NCBI GenBank assembly: GCA_964291285.2
Contig: OZ219787.1
Coordinates: forward strand, 2,048,001-2,112,000
Origin: Alphaproteobacteria bacterium
GTDB taxonomy: Bacteria > Pseudomonadota > Alphaproteobacteria > Bin95
Direction of reading: 5' to 3'
DNA: 64,000 nucleotides
Shown here: one piece after another, positions 10,266-20,942 of the stretch
Layout: each line of letters begins with the position of its first letter
How positions within the stretch are numbered: position 1 is the first letter of the stretch
The notes under the pieces: model-generated
Told to the model about the DNA's origin: nothing
The model's input: the letters and a program-made list of their open reading frames with translations, nothing else
Databases searched by the model: none
Translations under genes and position numbers: made by a program

Positions 10266-11248
10266 GGCGATACCTCCAGCAGGACCTTGCCCCAGGTGCG
10301 GCGTGAGGCCAGCGCGCGCAGCGCCGCCGGCAGGTCGTCGAATGCGTAGCGGGCGGAGATTACGGGGTCGATCTCGCCGCGCGCGAGCATGGCGTAGCAG
10401 TCCGCGACCACCTCGTGAGTATATTCGGGGTGGCTGCGGAAATAGCCGCCCCATATGGCGCCGACGGCCGAGGCGTTTTTCAGCAGCAGGCGGTTGGCGG
10501 CGATCTGCTGGATGGCGCCGCCGGCAAAGCCGATGATGAGCGCGCGGCCCTCGACCGCAATGACCTTGAGCGCGAGATTGAAGACCTCACCGCCCACGGG
10601 GTCGAAGATGATATCGGCGCCGCGCCCGCCGGTCGCCTCGCGCACGGCCTCGACCCAGCCGTCATCGGTGTAGTCGAGCGCAAGTTCGGCCCCGTGCTCG
10701 CGGCAGACGGCGAGCTTCTCCTCGCTGCCGGCAAGCGCGATGACATGCGCCCCCCAGGCCTTGCCGATCTGGATCGCCGCCAGTCCGGACCCGCCTGCGC
10801 CGGCCGTCACCAGCAGCCATTCGCCGGCCTTGAGCCCGCCGCGCCGGCCGAGCGCGATGTGGCCGGTCGGATAGACCACCGGCACGCAGGCGGCGAGGTC
10901 CATCGCCACGCCGTCCGGGATCGGATTGATCTGCAGGTCATCGACCACCGCATATTCGGCGAAGGCGCCCCAATAGGGCTGGGCGGCGACACGCTGGCCG
11001 ACCCTGCAGTTCGAACCGGGGCCGACGGCCGCGATCTCGCCCGACAGCTCGCAGCCGGGCGTGAACGGGAAGTCCGGCTTCATCTGGTATTTGCCCTGAA
11101 CCATCAGGATGTCGAGGAAGTTGAGCGCGGCCGTATGCACCTTGACCAGCGCCTGGCCCGGCCCTGGCTCCGGGCGCGCCACGGTCTCGAACGCCATGTC
11201 CTCGGGCTCGCAGAATTCACGCACCCGCCATGCCTGCATCTGGTTCAT
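10262..11248 (-). CDS. NADPH:quinone oxidoreductase (MDR family)
   Basis: LNFLDILMVQGKYQ..PFTPG, GAGGSG, and DPVGG..IGFAGG motifs. Confidence 0.9.
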   Translation of the reverse strand: MNQMQAWRVREFCEPEDMAFETVARPEPGPGQALVKVHTAALNFLDILMVQGKYQMKPDFPFTPGCELSGEIAAVGPGSNCRVGQRVAAQPYWGAFAEYAVVDDLQINPIPDGVAMDLAACVPVVYPTGHIALGRRGGLKAGEWLLVTAGAGGSGLAAIQIGKAWGAHVIALAGSEEKLAVCREHGAELALDYTDDGWVEAVREATGGRGADIIFDPVGGEVFNLALKVIAVEGRALIIGFAGGAIQQIAANRLLLKNASAVGAIWGGYFRSHPEYTHEVVADCYAMLARGEIDPVISARYAFDDLPAALRALASRRTWGKVLLEVSP

Positions 11249-11317
11249 CCGCTCGGCTCCTGTCGTCTCGGGGACCGGCCCCGCAATCGATACCGCCTTT
11301 GCCGCAAACCCGCCAGT

Positions 11318-12301
11318 TCAGCCGAGCCAGGCGCGGCAGCCGGTCGCCTCCAGAACGGGATCGAGCGCAGCCCGGTCGCCGAGCGCGGCATATTTCTCGC
11401 GCAGCACACGGAGCGAGCGGGCGTGGTAGCGCTGGGGCGCCTGTGTCCAGCGCCCGCCCGCGATACCGACGGTGAAGGCCTCCGCGCCGTCGGCAATGGC
11501 GCGGGAATTGGCATCCGACCAGGGCAGGAAGCGCGCGCCGACTTCCTCGGCGAGCAGCGGCGCCAGGGTCGGCGCGAGCGACTCCCACGCCTCGAACGGG
11601 CCTTCGTTCTCCGGGTCCTGCATCCGCCGGCACCAGTCGCGCGTCAGCGGCGGCACGAGGGTGCTGCCGGTCGGGTCGGTCCAGGCTTCCCAGACTTGGG
11701 CGGCGATGCCGAAATCCGCGAAAGCCGGCCGGGCACCGAACAGGTAACGGCGGCCCTCCAGATGCGCTTCCAGCAGCTCCAGCTGGCGGACGAAGGAGGC
11801 CTCGATGATCGGCGCCGTCCCGGGCGAGGAGCCGACGAAGCTCACCCGCGGCACCATGCGCTCTCGCACGGCCCGCGCGCGCTCGGCCACCGTTTCCTCG
11901 TCGGCGTCCGGCAGCATCGAGCGGGCGATGCGCTCCGCCGCCGAGACCTGGTCGGCCTCGTCGCGCCAGCGATAGTGGAACATGTGCTTGTTGCCCCACT
12001 CGTCGCCATATTCCTCCAGCAGCGCGGAGAGGAAGGCGAGCATCGGGTCCCCGGGCTGGGTCGCGGGCTCGGGGAAGGCCGCCTCGAACCGCTCCATGAT
12101 GGGCGTCGAGTCCTGGATGCCCTCGCCCTCGGGCGTGATGACCAGCGGCACGAGCGGCAGCCGCGCATGAGCCTCGTATTCGGCCCGGTTCTCCGGCGTG
12201 CGCGTCAGCCAGTCATGCGCGATGCCCTTGTAGCGGAACCACGCGCGGACCTTGACCGAATAGGGCGAGAGCTCCGAACCGAAAATGCGATAGCGCGCCA
12301 C
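11318..12301 (-). CDS. Glutathione S-transferase family protein
   Basis: SPYSVKVRAWFRYKGI, QDSTPI, and YLFGARPAFADFG motifs; GTG start with an upstream GGAGG. Confidence 0.85.
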   Translation of the reverse strand: MARYRIFGSELSPYSVKVRAWFRYKGIAHDWLTRTPENRAEYEAHARLPLVPLVITPEGEGIQDSTPIMERFEAAFPEPATQPGDPMLAFLSALLEEYGDEWGNKHMFHYRWRDEADQVSAAERIARSMLPDADEETVAERARAVRERMVPRVSFVGSSPGTAPIIEASFVRQLELLEAHLEGRRYLFGARPAFADFGIAAQVWEAWTDPTGSTLVPPLTRDWCRRMQDPENEGPFEAWESLAPTLAPLLAEEVGARFLPWSDANSRAIADGAEAFTVGIAGGRWTQAPQRYHARSLRVLREKYAALGDRAALDPVLEATGCRAWLG

Positions 12302-12411
12302 GGCCTGCGGCCTCCCTGCTGCGAGGCCCCGACCATGCCAGCGAGTCCCGCCGGGGGGCAAGGCGGGCGGCTTTGTTGTTAACAAAGAGCGTCTTTGTGA
12401 ACAATAAACCG

Positions 12412-12430
12412 GTTTGTTGTTCACGGGTGA
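12412..12430. repeat. 19-bp direct repeat GTTTGTTGTTCACGGGTGA, copy 1 (part of palindrome 12397-12424)
   Basis: Identical to 13615-13633. Confidence 0.9.
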
Positions 12431-12460
12431 CGTGCTAGTTTCCTTGTCGATCAAGAAGCG

Positions 12461-13597
12461 GTGTTCCGTGATATGCAAATGCCGTCGCCACCGGCAGGCT
12501 TCTCAATGGATGAGGCGGTTTCCTACCACAGCGGCCGTTTCCCGCCGAAGACACTGGATCACCAGCGGCTGATGCCGGCCGTCAGTCATGCTGCGCTCGC
12601 CATAGGCCGTTACGATTCCCTGCTGAGGACACTCCCGAATCAGGAGCTACTCTTGGCGCCGCTGCGCAGTCGCGAAGCCGTCGCCTCATCGAGAATCGAA
12701 GGCACCGTCGCCACCCTCGAAGAGGTGTTTGCGCTTGAAGAAGCCGACCAGGGCGCAGCCCGTCCGGAAGCGCGGGAGGTATTGTCCTATGTGCGCGCCA
12801 TGGCCCGCGCCGAGCGACTCATGAGCGACGGGCTGCCGATTTGCAGCCGGTTGATCCGTGAGGCCCATGGTGAACTGCTGTTCACGGGGCGCGGGTCGGA
12901 CAAGCGGCCGGGCCAATTCAAGCAGGAGCAGAACTATATCATCGACCGCGCGGCGGGCAGGGTCGTTTTCGTTCCGACTCCCCCTGAGGACCTGGAAGAA
13001 GGTATCCGCCGCTTTGAGAATTTCATGAACACGCCGGGACAGGACCCTCTCATCAGGGCTGCGCTCGGCCATGCCGAGTTCGAAGCGCTGCACCCGTTTG
13101 CGGACGGGAATGGCCGTATCGGCCGGATGCTCGTTACGCTTTCGCTATGGAACGATGACGTGATCTCCCGACCCTGCTTCTACGTAAGCAGCGTGATCGA
13201 GAAGGCCCGCGACGGCTATGTCGACGGGCTCCGGGCTGTATCGGCTAGCAATGCCTGGACCGAGTGGTGCCTTTATTTTCTGGATGTGCTGGCCAGGCAG
13301 GCTGCCGAGAACATCGCTCTCGCGAATCGTATGCTGGACTTTTACAGTGAAACGAAGGAGTCGTTCCCGAGCCTCCTGTCATCGCCATGGGCTGTGCAGG
13401 CCTTGGACGATATGTTCATCAACCCGGTCTTTACCAATCGTTCGTTTTCCAGGCGCACCGGTATCCCGCTGCAGTCCGCATCGCGCTTTACGAGGACGCT
13501 GGTCGAAAACGGCGCACTCGAAATCTATGCCCGGGGTTCCGGGCGCCGGCCGACCTGGTTCGTCTTTCAGCGCTTGCTCGATACCGTACGGCATTGA
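12461..13597 (+). CDS. Fic/DOC-family protein with probable C-terminal winged HTH
   Basis: Canonical HPFADGNGRIGR motif and N-terminal EAVASSRIEG (autoinhibitory-type) motif; lower GC than neighbouring genes. Confidence 0.92.
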   Translation: MFRDMQMPSPPAGFSMDEAVSYHSGRFPPKTLDHQRLMPAVSHAALAIGRYDSLLRTLPNQELLLAPLRSREAVASSRIEGTVATLEEVFALEEADQGAARPEAREVLSYVRAMARAERLMSDGLPICSRLIREAHGELLFTGRGSDKRPGQFKQEQNYIIDRAAGRVVFVPTPPEDLEEGIRRFENFMNTPGQDPLIRAALGHAEFEALHPFADGNGRIGRMLVTLSLWNDDVISRPCFYVSSVIEKARDGYVDGLRAVSASNAWTEWCLYFLDVLARQAAENIALANRMLDFYSETKESFPSLLSSPWAVQALDDMFINPVFTNRSFSRRTGIPLQSASRFTRTLVENGALEIYARGSGRRPTWFVFQRLLDTVRH

Positions 13598-13614
13598 GGC
13601 GGCGGCTCTTCCGA

Positions 13615-13633
13615 GTTTGTTGTTCACGGGTGA
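13615..13633. repeat. 19-bp direct repeat, copy 2; followed by TGAGCGGCAAACGG twice (13631-13644, 13671-13684)
   Basis: Direct sequence comparison. Confidence 0.9.
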
Positions 13634-13687
13634 GCGGCAAACGGGCTTATCGTTCACCAAACGGAAAATATGAGCGGCAAACGGCCG

Positions 13688-15049
13688 CTAGCGCCGCTCC
13701 TCCTCCGCATAGGGGTTGGCGGCGGCGCGGAGCAGGATGCGGATGGGCACGCCCGGCAAGTCGAAATCGCGCCGGAGGCCGTTTGCGAGATAGCGGACAT
13801 AGGACTCCGGCACGGAGGAGGGCCGCGAGCCGAAGATCGCCACGGTCGGCGGCCGGCGCTTGATCTGCGCGGCATAGCGCAGCTTGAGGCGCCTGCCCTT
13901 GACGATGGGCGGCGGATGCGCCTCCAGCGCCTCCTGAAGCCAGCGGTTGAGGGCGCCTGTCGGGATGCGCCGGCTCCACACCTCGCGGCTCTCGAACGCG
14001 GTGCGGACCAGCCGGTCCACGCCGCGCCCGGTGGCGGCGGAGACCGTCAGCAGCGGCACGTTGCGCACTTGCGGCAGGGACGCCTCGACCCGGTCGTGCA
14101 GCGCGCCCAGCGCCTCCGGCGCGTCCCGGATGAGGTCCCACTTGTTCGCGGCGAGCAGCAGCGCCCGGCCTTCCTCGATCGTCCGGGCGGCGATGGCGAG
14201 GTCCTGGCGCTCCAGCCCGTCGGCGGCGTCGAGCAGCAACACGACCACTTCGGCGAAGCGGATGGCGCGGTCTGTATCCGCTGCCGAGAGCCGTTCGATC
14301 CGGTCCTGCACGCGGGCGCGGCGGCGCAGGCCGGCCGTATCCACCAGGCGCACGGGCCGGCCCTTCCAGGCCCATTCCACGGCGATGGCGTCGCGCGTCA
14401 CGCCCGGTTCCGGTCCGGTCAGCAGGCGGTCCTCGCCGAGCAGCCGGTTGATGAGCGTCGATTTGCCCACATTCGGCCGGCCGACAATGGCGAGCTTCAG
14501 CGGGCCCGCCGCCTCGTCATCCGCCTCGTCCTCGTCTTCGTCCGGAGGGGACGCTTCGATGAAGGGCGCGAGCGCCTCGTAGAGCCCCGCAAGCCCCTCG
14601 CCATGCTCCGCCGAAATCGCGACCGGCGCGCCGAAGCCGAGCTCATAGGCTTCGAACGCGCCGTCCATGCCGCGCCCGGACTCCGCCTTGTTCGCCGCCA
14701 GCACGACCGGCGCGGGTCCCCGCCTGAGCCAGGCGGCGAAATGGCGGTCCAGCGCCGTCACCCCGGCGCGCGCATCGACCAGGAAGAGCGCAGCATCGGC
14801 ATCGGCGAGCGCCGCTTCGGTCTGGCGGCGCATGGCGGCTTCGAGGTCGCCGGCGGGCGCATCCTCCAGCCCGGCCGTATCGATGACCGTGAACTCTGCG
14901 CCGCCGAGCGAGGCCGCGCCCTCGCGGCGGTCGCGGGTCACGCCCGGCCGGTCGTCCACGATCGCCTCGCGCCGCCCGACAAGGCGGTTGAACAGCGTCG
15001 ATTTGCCGACATTGGGCCGTCCGACAATGGCGATAACGGCGCCTGGCAT
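13688..15049 (-). CDS. der: Ribosome biogenesis GTPase Der (EngA)
   Basis: Two [10 protein letters not shown]-loops, two DTAG motifs, NKAE/NKWD, and a C-terminal KH-like domain. Confidence 0.97.
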   Translation of the reverse strand: MPGAVIAIVGRPNVGKSTLFNRLVGRREAIVDDRPGVTRDRREGAASLGGAEFTVIDTAGLEDAPAGDLEAAMRRQTEAALADADAALFLVDARAGVTALDRHFAAWLRRGPAPVVLAANKAESGRGMDGAFEAYELGFGAPVAISAEHGEGLAGLYEALAPFIEASPPDEDEDEADDEAAGPLKLAIVGRPNVGKSTLINRLLGEDRLLTGPEPGVTRDAIAVEWAWKGRPVRLVDTAGLRRRARVQDRIERLSAADTDRAIRFAEVVVLLLDAADGLERQDLAIAARTIEEGRALLLAANKWDLIRDAPEALGALHDRVEASLPQVRNVPLLTVSAATGRGVDRLVRTAFESREVWSRRIPTGALNRWLQEALEAHPPPIVKGRRLKLRYAAQIKRRPPTVAIFGSRPSSVPESYVRYLANGLRRDFDLPGVPIRILLRAAANPYAEEERR

Positions 15050-15054
15050 GGCGG

Positions 15055-16374
15055 TCAGCGATAAGCGGTCAACACACCGTCGTCGTCGAGCAGCAGCAGT
15101 GTCCGGGCCGCGACGACGGGCGCTAGGCGGTGAGGCCGTCCGGCATCGAGCGTTGCGCCCTTCTGTCCGGTCTTCGGGTCGAGGAAGACGATCTCGCCAT
15201 GCGAACCCGCCAGCACCAGCCGCCCGCCTGCCAGCACCGGGCCGGCCCACTCGATGCGGCCCGTGCGGTCCTCCTCGTCCTCATAGCGCGCAAGCGGTAT
15301 GACCCAGCGCACCTTGCCTGTCTCGGCCTCCGCCGCCACGACCTCGCCCCGTTCCGTTACGGCGAACAGGTGGGCGCCGGCGAGCCATGGCATGTGCAGG
15401 CCGCCAAACTCCCCGCTCCAGACCCGGCGGCCGCTCCGCATGTCGATGGCGCCGGCACGGCCGGTATTGCTGAGCGCGAAGAGCCGTCCGTCATGAACCA
15501 CCGGCGCAGCCTGGACATCGGCCAGCGCCGCCACGAAATCCGCCCGGCGGGCCACGGTGAGGTTGTCGGACCAGAGTTCCCGCCCGGTCTCCGTCTTCAG
15601 CGCGACGATCTCGCCCGAGGAATAGGCGGAAACGGCCGCGCCCTGCGCAACTGCCGGGCCCGCGCCGCCGAGGAGCGCGGTCTGCTCCGCCACGGAATCA
15701 TGGGTCCAGAGAGTGCCGCCGTCGCCGGTGTCGAGGGCATGGGTCCTGTTGTCGAGCGTGGCGACGAAGAGCCGGCTGCCTTCGACCGCCGGCGCGCCCC
15801 GCGCCGGTGCCGACAGCGGCCGGCGCCATACAACGGCTCCGGAGGAGGCGTCGATCGCCAGGGCTTCGGCATAGCCTGTAGCCGCGAACAGGCGGCCTCC
15901 GGCAAAGGCCATGCCGCCGCCCGTCGATTCTTCCTCGTCCTCGGGCCGGGTCCCGACCGACCAAAGCTCGCTGCCGTCCTGCAGGCCGTAAGCGCTGACC
16001 GTGCCGACGGCGTCCATGGCATAGACCCGGCCATTGGCGACGACGGGCTGCGCCATCAGGCGGCGGCCCTCGCCGGAGCCGGCGCCGACGGACCGGGACC
16101 ATGCCGGACCGGACACAGAGCCGAGCGCCGGGTGGCCGATGGCGTGAAAGGGCGCGCCGCCGGCCTGCGGCCAGTCGGCATTGGCGACCTGCTCCGGCAG
16201 TTCCATGGGGCGCGCTGCCGTCTCGGGGTCGCCCTTGAGAGCGCGGTCCAGCGAAAGCACGGCGATGCGGTCGCCGGGGAGTGGCGGGTCTTCGGATGCG
16301 CCAAACCAGCCGTCCGACTCGCAGCCGGTGAGCAGGAACGCGCCCCCGACCGCCAGAAGCAGCGCCCGTCTCAT
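15055..16374 (-). CDS. bamB: BamB-like PQQ beta-propeller lipoprotein
   Basis: Lipobox LTGC, repeated G..W propeller motifs, and synteny with der and yfgM. Confidence 0.85.
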   Translation of the reverse strand: MRRALLLAVGGAFLLTGCESDGWFGASEDPPLPGDRIAVLSLDRALKGDPETAARPMELPEQVANADWPQAGGAPFHAIGHPALGSVSGPAWSRSVGAGSGEGRRLMAQPVVANGRVYAMDAVGTVSAYGLQDGSELWSVGTRPEDEEESTGGGMAFAGGRLFAATGYAEALAIDASSGAVVWRRPLSAPARGAPAVEGSRLFVATLDNRTHALDTGDGGTLWTHDSVAEQTALLGGAGPAVAQGAAVSAYSSGEIVALKTETGRELWSDNLTVARRADFVAALADVQAAPVVHDGRLFALSNTGRAGAIDMRSGRRVWSGEFGGLHMPWLAGAHLFAVTERGEVVAAEAETGKVRWVIPLARYEDEEDRTGRIEWAGPVLAGGRLVLAGSHGEIVFLDPKTGQKGATLDAGRPHRLAPVVAARTLLLLDDDGVLTAYR

Positions 16375-17009
16375 GAGGATTCTCCCAATGCAGCCAGCAT
16401 TTCCGCCGCACGCCGGCGCACGCCGGCAGGGGCCTCCGGGTCATCGGCCAGAGCCTTGAAACCCGCGACCGCCGCCGTCGTTTCGCCGAGCGCGACCCGT
16501 GCCGCCGCTATCGTTTCGGCCGCGGAATGGCGCAGCGCCCCCGAGAGCCCTTCCACCGCCGCGATGGCCGCTTCCGGCCGGCCGGCATCCAGTTCGATCA
16601 TGCCACGGAACAGCCGCGCCAGATCGCGATAGACCGGAGCTGCGTCCTCATCGCCCGCCAGCGCCTCGTAGCGGGCGAGCGCGGACTCGGTGTTGCCCTG
16701 CCGGGCGAGTTCCGCTGCTTCGCCGAACCGCGCCAGGAGGCCGGCCCCACCGCCCTCCGCGGCGAGCGCGGCGAAGGCCGCTATGGCATCCCCCGGCTTG
16801 TCCTCTCCGGCCAGCGAAGCCGCCTGTTCCAGCTGTTGGCTCGCCTCGGCGGCCGCCTCCGCCTCCATATGCTTCCAGAGCTGGAACCCGCCGACCGCCA
16901 GCACGGCCAGCACGGCTGCCCCGACCACGAAGACACCGTATTTCCGCCAAAGCTCCTTGGCGCGCTCGGTGCGGACTTCCTCGTCCACCTCGCGAAAGAT
17001 ATCGGCCAC
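16371..17009 (-). CDS. YfgM-like TPR membrane protein
   Basis: ADIFREVDEEVR..LWRKYG plus a TM segment; GTG start after GGAGAGG; conserved yfgM-bamB-der order. Confidence 0.88.
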   Translation of the reverse strand: MADIFREVDEEVRTERAKELWRKYGVFVVGAAVLAVLAVGGFQLWKHMEAEAAAEASQQLEQAASLAGEDKPGDAIAAFAALAAEGGGAGLLARFGEAAELARQGNTESALARYEALAGDEDAAPVYRDLARLFRGMIELDAGRPEAAIAAVEGLSGALRHSAAETIAAARVALGETTAAVAGFKALADDPEAPAGVRRRAAEMLAALGESS

Positions 17010-17166
17010 TTTGCCTCTCCTGGACGGCCGCCGCGTTATAGCTTCCGCCGGCCCCTGTGCGCAAACACCGTCGGTTGTCACGGGTTCGACATATTTCGTC
17101 TGGACGGGGCGCGGAGTTTCGGGGCAGCATAGCTGTCGCCGTCCAGCGAGGAGGACAGAGGAGGCC

Positions 17167-17502
17167 ATGGGAGAGGTCGTCGCGCTCGAAAACCAATACC
17201 GTCCGGCGAAGCCGGTCTTTTTCGACAAGAGAGAGCTTCGCCACCTGATGAACGTTTATAGCCGGCGCGTGTCGGCAGGGGACTGGCGGGATTACGCGAT
17301 AGACTTCCAACGAGGCGAGGCCGTGTTTTCGATTTTCCGGCACAGCTCCGAAGCGCCCCTCTACAGGGTTGCCAAGACCGGGCACAAGGGCCGGTCCGCG
17401 GCGGAATACTCGGTGAGCGAAGGTCCCCGGCTGCTGAAACGCGGGCAGAACATCCGCGACGTGCTCTCCGTGATCGAACGACGACTCGAACTGGTCACCT
17501 GA
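17167..17502 (+). CDS. DUF2794-like protein
   Basis: FFDKREL..VYSRRVSAGDWRDYAIDF..AVFSIFRH..PLYRVAK; GGAGG RBS. Confidence 0.8.
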   Translation: MGEVVALENQYRPAKPVFFDKRELRHLMNVYSRRVSAGDWRDYAIDFQRGEAVFSIFRHSSEAPLYRVAKTGHKGRSAAEYSVSEGPRLLKRGQNIRDVLSVIERRLELVT

Positions 17503-17563
17503 CGGCGCGGTTCCCGGCCCCGTCTCAACCCGGCTAGGCCTCGCCCGCGCCCGTTCTGCGCGG

Positions 17564-17602
17564 CCCTCACCCAACCCTCTCCCCGGGGAGAGGGCTTTCT
17601 TT
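17564..17602 (+). repeat. REP-like palindrome CCCTCTCCCCGGGGAGAGGG, possibly a terminator
   Basis: Perfect 20-bp palindrome at 17575-17594, preceded by CCCTCACCC and followed by a T-rich tail. Confidence 0.6.
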
Positions 17603-17708
17603 CGATGCAACCGTCCCGCATCCCCATGACTCTCTCCTCGCGCTCGGGGAAGGTCAGCCTTTCCGCGCAGTGCGGCCCTGCCGGGCGCGGATACTCCCTG
17701 GCGCCGTG

Positions 17709-17954
17709 TCATGGAATGTCATGTTTTGTCATGGTCGGGGGTGAAATCGCCGTCTCCGGGCGCATCGAAGGGGCCGGCCCTCTGGAACCAGTCGAGGCTG
17801 TCCTGCCGGCGCTGTTCGATGTTCTCCGGCGACCAGGGGGCGTGGAGTTCGGCGTCGTTGTTGCGGCGTCTGCGGCGTTGCCCGACGCGGTGCAGTGGCG
17901 GCAGAAGGCTTCCTGGCGGGTGGAGAGGGCGACGGTCGGGTCGATGATAGGCAT
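17709..17954 (-). pseudogene. Short ORF with a terminase-small-subunit-like HTH N-terminus, probably a relic
   Basis: LSTRQEAFCRHCTASGNAADAA motif and GAAGGAG RBS; low-complexity sequence afterwards. Confidence 0.4.
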
Positions 17955-18376
17955 GGCGGCTCCTTCATTCCGCTTCGGTTCGACAACCATGCCGTCCCGG
18001 CAGGGAGCGACCCTTATCCGCGCGTATCCCGCGCGGGCGCCTGCGCCGGCGCGGGCGCGCCATTGCGCCGGCGCGGTTCGCGCGCCTGATTGCGCGTGCG
18101 CGAGGCGGGCGCAGGACGCACCTCGCCTGTCGGCTGAATCGGGGTCGTTCCGCACCGGGCCGGCGCGGGCGGGAAGCGGCTCCGGATGCCGCTTACCTCG
18201 AACCCATCATATCACGGATTTTCCTGCTTTAGACCAAAAATAGAGAAACATTACCTAAATTTAATGAACACATGGTCACATCCCTTCGTTGCCCCCGCAA
18301 AACGGGGCCGTCCCCGGTTCCCGATGCCGCCGCAGGCCGGTGGAGAGCAGGCCGAACCGCCCGGTCCGATATCGCG

Positions 18377-19510
18377 CTACCGGCGGCCCCGGGCGTCCAC
18401 CGGCCAGATCGCTTCCAGCACCTCGCCGCGCATGGCGTGATAGACGTCGTAGAGATTGACCGTCGGGTCGCAATGCGGCGGGTGCAGCTCGACGATGTCC
18501 CCGACCTTGAGCCGCGCGGGGTTGTCTTCGGCATAGTGGACGCGGCCGTGCTCGTCGCCGGCGAAGCTGAAGGTCGCGCCCTCCGGGGCCCCGCGCGCGA
18601 AGAGCGGCATCGGCCCGTCCGTCGCGAGCGCCTTGAGGCCCGCATCGATGATGGCGAACTCGTCTCCCGCCGCGCTCACCACGGTCGCCATCACGAACAT
18701 GGCGGGTGCGAACGGGCCGGAACCGTCCTCCGTCAGCGCCACCCTGCCGTAATCCACGTCCATCACCGCAAAGCTGCCGGCCTGGAGCTCGCCCAGCACG
18801 CCGTGGCGGTAGTCGAGGTCGTGGGTCCCGGTGCCGCCGCCGGTGACCAGCGGCGGGGCGAGGCCTGCGTCCGCCAGCACCGAGGAGACATGGGCGAGCC
18901 GTTCGGACACGGCCGCCACCGCCTCGGCGCGCTCGGCATAGTCGTACACATGCTGGAGATGGCCGGCGTAACCCTGGATACCGGCGAAGACGAGGCCCGG
19001 CGCCTCGTCGATCTGACGCGCCAGCGCCACCGCCGCCTGCGCCGAAAGCACGCCGGTACGCCGCGTGCCGACATCGATATCGACCAGCAGCGAGAGCGGC
19101 TTGCCGGTCGCCGCTTCCGCCAGGGCCGCGACCGCGCCCGGGTCGTCGGCCACCGCCATCAGCCCTTCGGCGGCTTCGTTGAGCGCAACCAGCCGGGCGG
19201 TGCGGCCGGGGCCGACCACCGGCGAGGTAACGAGCACGCCCGGAATGCCCGCGCCCGCCAGCACCTCCGCCTCGCCAAGCGTCGCGCAGCACTGGCCGAC
19301 CGCGCCCGCCGCGATCTGCCGCCGCGCGACCTCGATGCTCTTGTGGGTCTTGGCGTGCGGGCGCAGCGCCTGCCCGGTCCGCCGGCAGTGCGCGGCCATG
19401 CGCGCGATATTGCGGTCGAGCGTGTCGAGGTCGAGCAGGAGAGCCGGCGTGTTGAGCCTGGCGCGCCCCCCGGCCTCGCCGATCAGATGCACATTGGACC
19501 CGGGTTCCAT
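18377..19510 (-). CDS. DSD1/D-threonine aldolase-like PLP enzyme (alanine racemase fold)
   Basis: TPALLLDLD, LRPHAKTHK (PLP Lys), GGGTGT, DEHG, and HCDPTVN motifs. Confidence 0.92.
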   Translation of the reverse strand: MEPGSNVHLIGEAGGRARLNTPALLLDLDTLDRNIARMAAHCRRTGQALRPHAKTHKSIEVARRQIAAGAVGQCCATLGEAEVLAGAGIPGVLVTSPVVGPGRTARLVALNEAAEGLMAVADDPGAVAALAEAATGKPLSLLVDIDVGTRRTGVLSAQAAVALARQIDEAPGLVFAGIQGYAGHLQHVYDYAERAEAVAAVSERLAHVSSVLADAGLAPPLVTGGGTGTHDLDYRHGVLGELQAGSFAVMDVDYGRVALTEDGSGPFAPAMFVMATVVSAAGDEFAIIDAGLKALATDGPMPLFARGAPEGATFSFAGDEHGRVHYAEDNPARLKVGDIVELHPPHCDPTVNLYDVYHAMRGEVLEAIWPVDARGRR

Positions 19511-19622
19511 GGCCGTCCCTCCCTTCCGCAGCGGCGGCGTCTGAAGCTGTTACAGTTCGTGCTCGGAAGACCGCCCATTCAATGCGGTCTGAATGTGTTC
19601 GCGTACATCCCTGCCTGTTCTA

Positions 19623-20497
19623 GGTCCTGTGGACGGATTTGATCAAGATGAAGGCAGCGGCGAGTGCGACGAAGGAGCTGAAGTTTGTGGCGGTCTTTTC
19701 GCAGCGCAGGGCGATGCGTTTGAAGCGTTTGAGCTTGCCGACGGCCTGTTCGATGCGCGCCCGTCCTCTGTAGAGCGCGCTTGCGAAGCGCTTTGGCCTG
19801 TTTTTGATGTTCTTCCGGTAGGGAATGACGGTCAGGGCGCCTCTTTTCCGGGCGAGTTGGCGGTTTCCGGCGCTGTCATAGCCCTTGTCGGCGACGATGG
19901 CGCGGGGCCGGACATCGGGGCCGATGTCCATCAGGGTCTCGAAATGCGGACTGTCGGCTGCCTCGCCGCCGGTCAGGTCGAAGGCGATCGGCAGGCCGTC
20001 GAAATCGGTCTTCAGGTGGATTTTGGTGCTGAAACCGCCCCGCGAGCGTCCAAGCGCCTGACCCTGCTGCCCCCTTTTGCGCCGGCCGCCGATACATGCG
20101 CGCGGGTCACGGTCGAATCGAACATCTGAACCAGGTGCGCCGTGCTGCTCAAATCCGCCAGCGTGGCGAAAAAGTCCTCGAACACCCCTGAACGGCTCAG
20201 ACGGTGAAAACGCCGCCATACCGTATTCCAGTGCCCGAACCGCTCCGGCAGCGCCCGCCAGGTGATGTTGTGAACCGCAAAGAAGTGCAGCGCCTCCAGA
20301 AACAGACGGTCGTCCTTCGCCTTCGCACCCCGCCTCGGAAGGCAAAGCCGGAAAACCTCCAGCGCAACCTCCCAGTCTCCATTCGTCATCTTCGTCGACA
20401 TCAACGAAACCCCCGAATCGCCGACGCCTCATGATTCAGACAAATCCTCGCACGGGAATCCCTGAACACGCTCCTGAGTCAATACGTCCACAGGGCC
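19623..20497 (-). mobile_element. IS5-family (IS427-like) insertion sequence with a two-frame transposase
   Basis: Terminal IRs GGTCCTGTGGACG / CGTCCACAGGGCC flanked by TA. ORFA is 20012..20404 (WRALPERFG.W.TV) and ORFB ends at 19620 (LGRSRGG..TKIH, ADKGYD, FKRIALR). Slippery AAAAGGGGG at 20070-20078. Confidence 0.92.
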
Positions 20498-20942
20498 TAA
20501 TCATGACGTTTCGCTCCCCATTGGCACTTCGGCTATTGTGCGGATAGCCGAACGGTCTTGTCACTGCCTGGTTTCTTCTCGTGAGTGAAGGCTGGACGTG
20601 TAAGGGGGCTCGCGGGGCCCGTCAGGGGCCTCTTGGGCCACCAGGGCGCTGTGGCGCCCGTTCAGGCTCCCGGCTTGCCCGGGGGCCGTCTGTGCGTTGC
20701 GTGCATCAATAAGGCCGGAATCCGGGGCCGCGGCGAGCTCCACGAGGCGCGACCGGATCCCGGCCGGCGGCGACCGGTGGCTCGGCTGTGCGTTTGGCGC
20801 ACAATGCGAGCTCGGCCGGCGACGTCACTTGTGCGGCCGGCCGCATAGAAACGCCCGGCGCTCCATTGGAGGCCGGGCGGTTCGGCTTCGGCGCGCCTGG
20901 TTGGCGCGGCGGTCAATCCATCGGCTGCGCGTTCAGGCGGTG

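Noticed and set aside
12371-13684. Repeats around fic as a CRISPR array or LexA boxes
   Set aside because: No regular repeat-spacer period, no cas genes, and no GTTC-N7-GTTC spacing.
20012-20100. IS5 transposase as a pseudogene
   Set aside because: The two-ORF layout with an A4G5 slippery site is normal programmed frameshifting for this IS5 subgroup.
20500-20940. Hairpin TTCGGCTAT..ATAGCCGAA (20528-20552) and GC-rich stems as an ncRNA or IS110 end
   Set aside because: No recognisable family features or associated transposase; could not be supported.
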